A DNA stretch of 64,000 nt, taken from positions 64,001 to 128,000 of the IMG/VR virus record IMGVR_UViG_3300027977_000008; one strand, given 5' to 3'. Shown here piece by piece: positions 56,148 through 64,000 of this stretch. The DNA comes from a virus. A program made the translations under genes and the position numbers. How positions within the stretch are numbered: the first letter of the stretch is position 1; every line of letters begins with the position of its first letter. Under the pieces are notes generated by a model, which was not told the DNA's origin, did no database searches, and saw nothing but the letters and a program-made list of their open reading frames with translations.

Positions 56148-56399
56148 ATGCCCATATATCCTGTAAGACATTTAGAAACTGGGGAAACACAGGAACTTGC
56201 TATGTCTATCTCTAATTACGATCAGTGGAGAAAAGACAATCCCGAATGGGATAAAGATTGGTCTGCTGGTGTCGCTTCTGCTGTGAGTGCTGTAGGTGAC
56301 GTTTATAGTAGAACTGATGGTGGATGGAATGAAATCCTTCACAAAGTCAGCAAAATGCCTGGTTCAAAAGTAAAACCTCAAAAAACAACGCACTTCTAA
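56148..56399 (+). CDS. Conserved small protein (FmdB-like)
   Basis: MPIYPVRHLETGE...DGGWNEILHKVSKMPGS; typical neighbour of phoH. Confidence 0.7.
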   Translation: MPIYPVRHLETGETQELAMSISNYDQWRKDNPEWDKDWSAGVASAVSAVGDVYSRTDGGWNEILHKVSKMPGSKVKPQKTTHF

Positions 56400-56400
56400 A

Positions 56401-57156
56401 ATGACCTCAAGGAAAAAAAGAACTCCTTCTCAAGTCGGCGCTGGCATGTCTGCAAAACAAATATCCAGAAAAAAACCTTTCAATATCGATATGGTGGTTG
56501 ATATTGAACCACTTACAGAAAATCAAACAAAAGTTTTTGATTCATATAAAGAAGATAAAAACTTATTTGTTTATGGTGCAGCAGGTACGGGTAAAACATT
56601 TATTACTCTTTACCTTGCATTGAAAGAAGTCCTTAATCCTTTGACTCCATACAATCGAGTTGTAATTGTACGATCATTAGTTGCAACTCGTGAAATTGGT
56701 TTCCTTCCTGGAGATCATGAAGATAAATCTTCTCTTTACCAAATTCCTTATAAGAATATGGTAAAATATATGTTTGAGTTACCCACTGACAATGACTTTG
56801 AAATGTTATGGGGTAATCTCAAGACGCAAGAAAGCATAAAGTTTTGGTCAACATCTTTCATTCGTGGTACTACTCTTGACGATTGTATTGTAATTGTTGA
56901 CGAATGCCAGAACTTGAATTTTCACGAATTAGATAGTATAATTACTAGAGTTGGTGAGAACTGCAAGATTCACTTCTGTGGTGATGCTTCGCAGTCAGAT
57001 CTTGTCAAAACAAATGAGCGACATGGAATTCTTGATTTCATGAAGATCATTCACGCAATGCCCGAATTTGATTCTTTTGAATTTGGACCTCAGGATATTG
57101 TTAGATCTGGTCTTGTCAAGAGTTACATTCTAAACAAAATTAATTTGGGTCTCTGA
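56401..57156 (+). CDS. phoH: PhoH-like ATPase
   Basis: GAAGTGKT; IGFLPG; FIRGTT; VDECQN; GDASQSD; DIVRSGLV. Confidence 0.95.
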   Translation: MTSRKKRTPSQVGAGMSAKQISRKKPFNIDMVVDIEPLTENQTKVFDSYKEDKNLFVYGAAGTGKTFITLYLALKEVLNPLTPYNRVVIVRSLVATREIGFLPGDHEDKSSLYQIPYKNMVKYMFELPTDNDFEMLWGNLKTQESIKFWSTSFIRGTTLDDCIVIVDECQNLNFHELDSIITRVGENCKIHFCGDASQSDLVKTNERHGILDFMKIIHAMPEFDSFEFGPQDIVRSGLVKSYILNKINLGL

Positions 57157-57836
57157 TGTTTCAACATGTTGATATTGAGTTTCCCGCACTTAAGCGGGAA
57201 ACAATTGATGGAGTTCGATATTATGATGTAGAAGGTAGACCGATGGTATCTATTACCTCGGTCACCTCGCATTACAACAAAGAAATTTTTGTCAAATGGC
57301 GAGCGAAGATTGGTGAAGAAGAAGCAAACCGTATTTCTAAACGCTCCACAAATCGTGGTACAAAAGTACACACTTGTATAGAAAACTTCCTTTGGAATAA
57401 GAACGTTCTAGATACAGATCCTTTGCCAATGATGTTATTTACCCAGGCAAAAAAAATTCTAGGAAATATAGATAACATTTACGCTCTTGAGAAATCTTTA
57501 TACAGTAAACATCTGGGTGTTGCTGGTACTGTAGATTGTATTGCTGAGTACACGGGAGAAAGTGGTGTTCCAGAACTTGCAATCATTGACTTCAAGACTG
57601 CAGAAAAACCAAAACCAAGGGCATGGATCGAAAATTATTTTGTACAAGCAGCAGCGTATGCTTGCATGTTTTACGAAATGACTAACATCCCAGTAAAGAA
57701 ACTTGTCATTTTGATGACTTGCGAAAACGGGGAAGTTGAGGTTTACGAAGAGTATGATAAAAAACAATACATAGAAAAACTAGTTAAATACATTCAAAAA
57801 TTTGTGGAAGACAAACTAAATGACTACAAAAACTGA
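57156..57836 (+). CDS. PD-(D/E)XK exonuclease
   Basis: SITSV; RGTKVH; AGTVDCIAE; IIDFKT; YFVQAAAY. Confidence 0.85.
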   Translation: MFQHVDIEFPALKRETIDGVRYYDVEGRPMVSITSVTSHYNKEIFVKWRAKIGEEEANRISKRSTNRGTKVHTCIENFLWNKNVLDTDPLPMMLFTQAKKILGNIDNIYALEKSLYSKHLGVAGTVDCIAEYTGESGVPELAIIDFKTAEKPKPRAWIENYFVQAAAYACMFYEMTNIPVKKLVILMTCENGEVEVYEEYDKKQYIEKLVKYIQKFVEDKLNDYKN

Positions 57837-58083
57837 AATCAAATCTGTCATAAAAAGTAAATTTTTATGTCAAGATAAGTTTACTAATGACATCGAAAAC
57901 ATTGTAAAAGATAATTCTGACATGAATTATATTGAAGCAATTTGTTTTTATTGTGAACAAAATACGATTGAACTTGAATCGATTATAAAACTTATTTCCA
58001 AACCACTAAAAGAAAAACTCAAGTGTAATGCAACTAATCTAAATTATTTAAATAGAACTTCTAATGCGAAATTTTTTATCTGA
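57820..58083 (+). CDS. gp33: Late transcription coactivator gp33
   Basis: MNYIEAICFYCEQN.IELE...KLISKPLKEKLK..A..LNYL. Confidence 0.85.
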   Translation: MTTKTEIKSVIKSKFLCQDKFTNDIENIVKDNSDMNYIEAICFYCEQNTIELESIIKLISKPLKEKLKCNATNLNYLNRTSNAKFFI

Positions 58084-59114
58084 TGGACAAAGAACTTAAA
58101 GCAAAAGTTGATTATGTAAGAGGTTTAAAAGGATTTTGGGTAGATAATTTTAAACAGATTACCGTTGAGCAAATTGCAGAATTAGAAAAACAAAGACCCA
58201 CTACAAGACTTCTTAGTATTCATACAATAAACGGTTGCAATCTTTCTTGTAGAGGTTGTAATCATAATAGTAGTTTGCTTTCAGGAAAAAGTACTGTAAA
58301 TATTGATCAACTGATAGAAGATATTGAAAATATTCTTCCTAAAATTTATGTTTGGAGCCATGTTAGTATTATTGGTGGAGAACCATTATTAGAACCGAGG
58401 ACAAAGGAAGTTACAAGAATTGTAAGAGAACTTTGTTACGGTGAACGTGGATCACAACCATGTAATGTAAAGTTATTCAGCAACGGATCTAGACTTCTTC
58501 AGGAAAAGGAATGGATTGCTGATGAGATGTTGAAAGGAGTTATTTTTAGACTTACTTTTCATCGTCCACCATATACACAAGCAGGTAAAAAAGATTGGGA
58601 GAATGGGTATGAGTTCACTCATTATCTAATTGAACGTGGGGTTGATATTGACAATAAGTTTGAGTTGAGTGAAGCGTATTTACAACCAGACAACACTCCA
58701 AGGGTATGGTTTGATCTAGTAAAGTATGAATTCAATGAAGATGGATCAGTAAAATATTACCCACATGAAGATGGTAATCCATCTTCTAGTTTTAAACATT
58801 GTACTTGTGCTAATTCACAATTATATAATGGACATCTATGGAAATGTCCGATGGTAGCATATCTAAGAGAATCTTTAGCAGCAACTGATCAGTTAGAAGA
58901 TCCTGAATGGCAAAAATATCTTGGATATAAACCAACTAATATCAATGACACTGAGGAAGCACTTAGAAGTTCATTCAAAGAAGTTGTAGAACCTGGTTGG
59001 ATCTGTAACATGTGCCCAAGCAGACCAAAAATTGAATATGCTGCTAAAATACAATTGAAAGGACAGAAGAGGACAGTTGAAATGTTCGATCCTAAAAATT
59101 ATGAACCCGTTTGA
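58083..59114 (+). CDS. Radical SAM protein (paralog of 55319)
   Basis: CNLSCRGC; GGEPLL; FSNG; CTC...WKCP...ICNMC. Confidence 0.88.
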   Translation: MDKELKAKVDYVRGLKGFWVDNFKQITVEQIAELEKQRPTTRLLSIHTINGCNLSCRGCNHNSSLLSGKSTVNIDQLIEDIENILPKIYVWSHVSIIGGEPLLEPRTKEVTRIVRELCYGERGSQPCNVKLFSNGSRLLQEKEWIADEMLKGVIFRLTFHRPPYTQAGKKDWENGYEFTHYLIERGVDIDNKFELSEAYLQPDNTPRVWFDLVKYEFNEDGSVKYYPHEDGNPSSSFKHCTCANSQLYNGHLWKCPMVAYLRESLAATDQLEDPEWQKYLGYKPTNINDTEEALRSSFKEVVEPGWICNMCPSRPKIEYAAKIQLKGQKRTVEMFDPKNYEPV

Positions 59115-59703
59115 TACTTATAAACAATATCTTGCATTCAAACAACATTTTACTAGAAAAAATTATGATTACTTTAGATATGGTGGTAAGTCTAGAGCAA
59201 GTTTGAATTCTTTTTACAAAAGAAAAGACAGATACTTCTTTGAAAAAATGTCGAGGAAGTATAATGATGATGAGATCAAGTTATTTTTTATTGCTAACTT
59301 CGTAGCGTGTGACAATCCAAATTCTTTATGGATTGGTGAGATTATTCGATCTGGTGAAAGTGTTTATTCTTCTTGGCAAGGAAGACAGCAAAGTTTGTTT
59401 TATCAGTTCAAGCAACACACAGAAGATTTGTTGTCTGAATACAACCTAGAAGAACTATTTGATGCTTCAAGGCAACATCCACCAGTTTTAAAAAATTTCT
59501 TGAGTGGGAATATTAGCATCGAAACCATTACAATATACGACAAAATATTCCTGTTTGGCAACAATCTTGATAAGAAATTGACTGACCCAATTTGGGAAGC
59601 GATTAGTTTAAAACTAAAAAAGTATGCACCGTTTCTAAATATTGATGCCGTCAAATACAAACAATATTTGCGGGAACGACTATTGGAGAAGACGCATGGG
59701 TAA
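59101..59703 (+). CDS. gp59: Helicase loader gp59
   Basis: YLAFKQHF...YDYFRYGGK...FYKRKDRYFFEK...ISIET. Confidence 0.88.
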   Translation: MNPFDTYKQYLAFKQHFTRKNYDYFRYGGKSRASLNSFYKRKDRYFFEKMSRKYNDDEIKLFFIANFVACDNPNSLWIGEIIRSGESVYSSWQGRQQSLFYQFKQHTEDLLSEYNLEELFDASRQHPPVLKNFLSGNISIETITIYDKIFLFGNNLDKKLTDPIWEAISLKLKKYAPFLNIDAVKYKQYLRERLLEKTHG

Positions 59704-60028
59704 GTTTTTTCAGTCTGAGATTATCCGTGAAGAGATGGAAGACATCTTTAGAATTCAAAAAGAATTATATGAAGTTATTATTCAGTTTAGTTCGTTTAGT
59801 GATAAAGAAAAGAATGAACACATTGAAAAACTAAAGACACTTTTAGATAAACAAGAAATCATGTGGACAAGACTTTCATTGTCCGATGATCGGGAAGCAT
59901 TAGAAATGAAAGAAAAAATCAAGATAACATCAGCAGCAATGGGGTTTAAAGATGTTGATATGTCAATCATCTTCAATAACATGAGAAGAACCTTGGAAGG
60001 TTTACAAAAACGCCTTGACACACCCTAA
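59696..60028 (+). CDS. DUF1825-like protein
   Basis: FFQSEIIREEMEDI...LLDKQ...TRLSLSDD.EA. Confidence 0.7.
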   Translation: MGKFFQSEIIREEMEDIFRIQKELYEVIIQFSSFSDKEKNEHIEKLKTLLDKQEIMWTRLSLSDDREALEMKEKIKITSAAMGFKDVDMSIIFNNMRRTLEGLQKRLDTP

Positions 60029-60043
60029 ATGGTATGTTATAAT
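60015..60043 (+). promoter_or_regulatory. Consensus sigma70 promoter for gp32
   Basis: TTGACA-N17-TATAAT. Confidence 0.8.
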
Positions 60044-60087
60044 ATAACAGGTAATCAATCCACCCAATCTAAAAATACAAAAATCTT

Positions 60088-61002
60088 ATGTCTTTTGCAG
60101 ATCTAAAAAAACAATCTCGCCTTGGCAGTTTGACTTCTAAACTGACAACAGAGATTGAAAAAATGAATAAGAGCACCACTGGTGGTGCTGATGATCGTGT
60201 ATGGAAACCTGAAGTAGATAAAGCAGGCAACGGTTATGCAGTAATTCGTTTTCTACCTGCACCACAAGGTGAAGAATTGCCTTGGGGAAAAGTGTGGTCA
60301 CATGCTTTTCAAGGTCCAGGAGGTTGGTATATTGAGAACAGTCTGACCACGCTTGGTGGTAAAGATCCTGTTTCGGAGTACAATCGTATTCTTTGGAACA
60401 GTGGTAGTGAAGTAGATAAAGAACAAGCACGTAAGCAGAAGCGTAAACTATCTTACATTAGCAACATCTATGTTGTGAAGGATCCTGCTAATCCCCAGAA
60501 CGAAGGCAAAGTTTTTCTATTCAAGTTTGGTAAGAAAATCTTTGATAAGATTACTGCTGCCATGCAACCTGAGTATGAAGATGAGCAAACGATTGATCCG
60601 TTTGACTTCTGGCAAGGTGCAAATTTCAAGATGAAAATCAAGAACGTTGCTAGTTATCGTAACTACGACAGTTCTGAGTTTGCAAAATCTGAACCACTTC
60701 TGGATGATGATGATGCACTTGAAGCAATTTGGAAAAAACAGTATTCTCTTGAAGAGTTTACTCGTCCTGATCAGTTCAAGTCCTACGAAGAACTTGAAAA
60801 GCGTATGAATATGGTTCTAAATCCTAACGCTTCTAGTCGTCGTGTTGATCCTGATACGTTCGATGAGGAAGAGCAAGTTGTGATGAAGTCTCGCCAACAA
60901 ATCAAGGAAGAAGAGCGTGTTGTTAAGTCATCTCCTGCTCCTGTAGCAGCAGATGATGATGACGATACACTGTCTTACTTCCAGCGACTTGCTGAAGAGT
61001 GA
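60088..61002 (+). CDS. gp32: Single-stranded DNA-binding protein gp32
   Basis: DDRVWKPEVDKAGNGYAVIRFLP; WYIENSL; GKKIFDKI; acidic tail. Confidence 0.96.
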   Translation: MSFADLKKQSRLGSLTSKLTTEIEKMNKSTTGGADDRVWKPEVDKAGNGYAVIRFLPAPQGEELPWGKVWSHAFQGPGGWYIENSLTTLGGKDPVSEYNRILWNSGSEVDKEQARKQKRKLSYISNIYVVKDPANPQNEGKVFLFKFGKKIFDKITAAMQPEYEDEQTIDPFDFWQGANFKMKIKNVASYRNYDSSEFAKSEPLLDDDDALEAIWKKQYSLEEFTRPDQFKSYEELEKRMNMVLNPNASSRRVDPDTFDEEEQVVMKSRQQIKEEERVVKSSPAPVAADDDDDTLSYFQRLAEE

Positions 61003-61078
61003 TTTCAAAATCAATTTTTGTTTTCAAAAAAGTCAATTAAAAAATTCTGGGTAAAAATTTCAAAATATGTTTTTGGAG

Positions 61079-61744
61079 TTATCTTGAGGATAAAATCCTT
61101 AAGTTAGCTCCTTTTTTTGTACGTTTATCAATATATTGAGAACTATCGGTATAAGTCATGATTTCACGCATATCATCAATTATGGTTTGGATGTAATTTT
61201 GTCTCAAAACGTAAATTGTGCGTTTTTCGTCGTTTTTCAAAACTTCGTAATCATAGTTACTGACTGAAGTTAGTATATTTGCCCCAGAAAGCACTTTATA
61301 CGTGCCAAAGTTAGAATACTTAAATTGGAAGTTTGCATCAACAAATAATCCTGCCTGTAAAAGCAAATTTCCTTCACTATTACGAACTTCTTTGGTTTCA
61401 TAATGATGAATTTCCTGTAAAAGTTCAGATCCATACTTATTCATCAAATAATTGTTTAGATCTGTTTGTGACATTGGCCATTCTTCTCTAACATTGATAA
61501 TATTGTTAGAAATTAGGATAATCCAGTCTAATTGTGGACTATTGTATAGTATTCCCGCAACATTATCTGGACGATTATCACCAACAATGGAGTATTTGTC
61601 AAATACTATAGCATTTTGAAAAAAATCATCTCTAATTTTAGCACGTTTGAAAAGATTTTTTACACGGACATAATCGTAACTGGAATTACGATTGTCTGAA
61701 AACGATGGTAATAATAGATCTGGAAATAAGTCAAAATATGCCAT
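61079..61744 (-). CDS. gp53: Baseplate wedge subunit gp53
   Basis: MAYF..FP...KNLFKR...RPDNVA..LY...WIIL..NNI...EWP...IHHYET. Confidence 0.85.
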   Translation of the reverse strand: MAYFDLFPDLLLPSFSDNRNSSYDYVRVKNLFKRAKIRDDFFQNAIVFDKYSIVGDNRPDNVAGILYNSPQLDWIILISNNIINVREEWPMSQTDLNNYLMNKYGSELLQEIHHYETKEVRNSEGNLLLQAGLFVDANFQFKYSNFGTYKVLSGANILTSVSNYDYEVLKNDEKRTIYVLRQNYIQTIIDDMREIMTYTDSSQYIDKRTKKGANLRILSSR

Positions 61745-61745
61745 T

Positions 61746-63332
61746 TTAGAAACCTATATCGTCGAATGTAATTGCATCTTGTGGAGCAAGTGTAGATACA
61801 GACTGTTCAAATACATCTATAACACTAGGATCATCTTGATTAATGTAATCTTGCTCAAAGATTGGAGTTAGTTCTGTGAATGATAATGTCATATTTGTTC
61901 TTACTGGCATTGATACGGCATTTGGATCATCATATGATTGATAAACTCCTTCTGGTGTATAATTTATTTCGCATGAAGTCAAAGCACATATTTTGAATTT
62001 ATTCAAACCTTTTATACTTTTATTACCACTTCCTCTATATGAAATTCTAAAAACGTTAGGCGATCCTATAAAAATAGAAGTGCTTTCAAATCTTTTTGCT
62101 GCCATTCCTTGCTTAAAAAATCTCATTACACGTCTTGCTGCTGTAGCATCATTTAATCCGATTGGAGCAAATTCAAAAGTAAATGAGAATGACCTAAGTT
62201 TAGGACCATTGAATAATAATTCGAGGTTTGGATTGATTGTTGTTCCTGTTCCTCTTGCAATGAATTGTGCAGGATCTACATTGATACCAACTTTACCCAA
62301 AGCATATTGTGCAATGAATGAAGATAATAGTAATCCTGCAGACGTGTTTGCACCAAAATTTCCTTGCCCAAATTGGTCCATGAATTGTCCAAATCCACTA
62401 AAAGTACCACCTAACAATCCGCCAACATTTCCACCTATTGCCTGCTGTGCAAGTGGAAGAGCACCAAAGAATGCAGCAGCTTCTATAGGATTAGCACGAT
62501 CTTCACCCCAACTTACACCATTTGAGATTGCTAACTGGTTTGGTATTGGTAATTTTACCATTCCTATGAAAAATCTAAGATTTGAATTTCTAGTTAATCC
62601 TTTAGTTACAATATCGGCAAAATTTGTAGTGAATTCATTTTGTCCAGTAATAAAAAGTTCTTCTTGAGGTGCTTTGTATGTAAATTGCTCTATAATAACG
62701 TGATCTTGTGTATTGGAAAAAGATGCATCGTTGGGATATGATATGATTAGTGGACCAGTTTCGTTTGGGGCAAGTAAGGATTTTATTGTTTCTTTAGAAC
62801 TATTCAAAAGTTCTTTGATTAATTCTGGATCAAGAGTTACGGCTTGTCCAGTTATAGGTGCAGACTGTGGAATTGCAGGTGCTTCTGGAGGTGGTGTTGG
62901 TTCTGGTGGTGCTAGTTGTTTTGTTTGCTTGGAAGCATCCCACACATCAACTGTTTTTGCATCTGCCAATGCTTGATCTATTTGAGCTTTTGTTGATCCC
63001 CCAGGCAGAGATGGGGTTTTATTTTGATTTTCGATGATAAGTTTTAATCTTCCTATCGCATCATAATATGAAGCTTTACCAGGATTACCATCTTCCATCA
63101 ATTTTTTGAAGTCAGATTTATCTGGAGTTGTAAATTCCCAAGGAAGCAGCCCAGTTTTTACTTGATATACTTTTAAGAAATCGCCATTTGCAGTATCTTT
63201 ACTGTAAAATGCAGTAAAGTTTTTCCCAGGATATCGTGGGTCGGTGAATTCAAACAGGCCGAAATGTATTCCAAGTTTTTCTGCTGGTCTTACTGGTTGT
63301 TTTTTTCCTGGAGGCTTATATGGATTTGCCAT
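61746..63332 (-). CDS. gp48: Baseplate tail-tube cap gp48 with N-terminal extension
   Basis: LPIP...INPNLELLFNGPKLRSFSFTF...P.VF.I.Y...CALTS..INYTP...LSFTEL.P. Confidence 0.8.
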   Translation of the reverse strand: MANPYKPPGKKQPVRPAEKLGIHFGLFEFTDPRYPGKNFTAFYSKDTANGDFLKVYQVKTGLLPWEFTTPDKSDFKKLMEDGNPGKASYYDAIGRLKLIIENQNKTPSLPGGSTKAQIDQALADAKTVDVWDASKQTKQLAPPEPTPPPEAPAIPQSAPITGQAVTLDPELIKELLNSSKETIKSLLAPNETGPLIISYPNDASFSNTQDHVIIEQFTYKAPQEELFITGQNEFTTNFADIVTKGLTRNSNLRFFIGMVKLPIPNQLAISNGVSWGEDRANPIEAAAFFGALPLAQQAIGGNVGGLLGGTFSGFGQFMDQFGQGNFGANTSAGLLLSSFIAQYALGKVGINVDPAQFIARGTGTTINPNLELLFNGPKLRSFSFTFEFAPIGLNDATAARRVMRFFKQGMAAKRFESTSIFIGSPNVFRISYRGSGNKSIKGLNKFKICALTSCEINYTPEGVYQSYDDPNAVSMPVRTNMTLSFTELTPIFEQDYINQDDPSVIDVFEQSVSTLAPQDAITFDDIGF

Positions 63333-63757
63333 TATCCTAAACTCCTAAGATTAACTGTAACTTCTGCACCACGAAAACTTCTAACAAACTCTTCTACAGT
63401 TAATAGTGATGCAGCTTGCCATTCTTCCATTGCTATATCTATGAAATTACTTTCTACTTCTAATTTCAAGTATTTATGGAACCCAGTGCTGCCAAATAAA
63501 AATTCTTCCCAGTTTTGAACATCACTTGATTGTGCTTCTTGAAGCATATTTACCACATCCATTCGTTGACTTTTTGGATAATAGTGTAAGTTCATGCCAT
63601 AGAACACTTCGTTCAAATCTAGAACAATGAAGCACAATGGATTTTTGTCATAAAATCGTTTTTCTGCAGTCACTGCACGATAACGAAATAACATTAAATG
63701 TCCTACTTGAGGAATACTTGTAACTGTTGATTTTGGAAATCGTGACTTATACTCCAA
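63332..63757 (-). CDS. gp2: DNA end protector gp2-like
   Basis: G.LMLFRY.A...YDKNPL...FYGMNLHY...HKYL. Confidence 0.7.
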   Translation of the reverse strand: MEYKSRFPKSTVTSIPQVGHLMLFRYRAVTAEKRFYDKNPLCFIVLDLNEVFYGMNLHYYPKSQRMDVVNMLQEAQSSDVQNWEEFLFGSTGFHKYLKLEVESNFIDIAMEEWQAASLLTVEEFVRSFRGAEVTVNLRSLG

Positions 63758-64000
63758 GATCGTGCTCCGTTAATATTTTAAATTCCCATTTTCGATCATC
63801 GCAATATTCTTTTGCTGCTTCCCATTTTGCCATATTTTTAGCATATTCATAAACTTCAGAAAGATATTTGTTAGATTTTAATTTCTGTGGTTTTGGACCT
63901 GCAACTTGTTTTGCTGGTTTTATTTCAATCAAACTTTCTATAATTTTTCCAGAAGTATTTTTATATTTGATATAAAAATCTGGAAAGTATTTGTGTAAAC
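63747..64000 (-). CDS. gp4: Head completion nuclease gp4 (3' part, truncated by window edge)
   Basis: HKYFPDFYIKY...LIEIKP..Q...N.AKWEAA..YC....EFKILTE..L. Confidence 0.88.
   Translation of the reverse strand, partial: LHKYFPDFYIKYKNTSGKIIESLIEIKPAKQVAGPKPQKLKSNKYLSEVYEYAKNMAKWEAAKEYCDDRKWEFKILTEHDLGV

Noticed and set aside
60050-60087. A-rich AATC-repeat leader of gp32
   Set aside because: Consistent with the known unstructured autoregulatory operator of gene 32; not novel and not provable from sequence.
61993-62976. Long + strand ORFs (224 and 87 aa)
   Set aside because: Antisense shadows of gp48 with no motif, RBS or promoter.
1-64000. CRISPR array, integrase, transposase or reverse transcriptase/DGR
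   Set aside because: No regularly spaced repeats or such genes were seen. The two repeat pairs do not show adenine-specific differences, and the 57156 nuclease is the usual T4-like exonuclease, not part of a cas locus.

Overview
A 64-kb, AT-rich segment of a large T4-like cyanomyophage genome, probably freshwater with a Synechococcus/Cyanobium-type host; the host is inferred from psbA/psbD, an SLH-porin, hsp20, phoH, mazG and thyX. Almost everything is on the + strand. In order: replication core (speD end, HNH, gp62, regA, hsp20, gp43, uvsX, gp41, mazG), head-associated proteins, gp61, nrdA/nrdB, a lysis region, six tRNAs plus a tRNA-like element, a ~17-kb sugar-nucleotide/glycosyltransferase island behind a manA-like RNA, psbA-EndoVII endonuclease-psbD, glutaredoxin, a glutamine-riboswitch module, thyX, two carbamoyltransferases with three radical SAM enzymes, phoH, gp33, gp59 and gp32. 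The convergent structural genes gp53, gp48, gp2 and gp4 end the window. Main findings: (1) a likely programmed -1 frameshift (A_AAA_AAG plus a 10-bp hairpin) that fuses a C39 peptidase to a start-less GH24 lysozyme, followed by a duplicated alternative C39 3' cassette; (2) an NtcA box, tandem glutamine riboswitch and DUF4278-like peptide, with an ORF nested in the second aptamer; (3) repeated late-promoter/RBS-occluding hairpins in front of nucleases and a nucleotidyltransferase; (4) a split carbamoyltransferase plus radical SAM set next to thyX. All assignments come from reading motifs by eye; no database searches were run.
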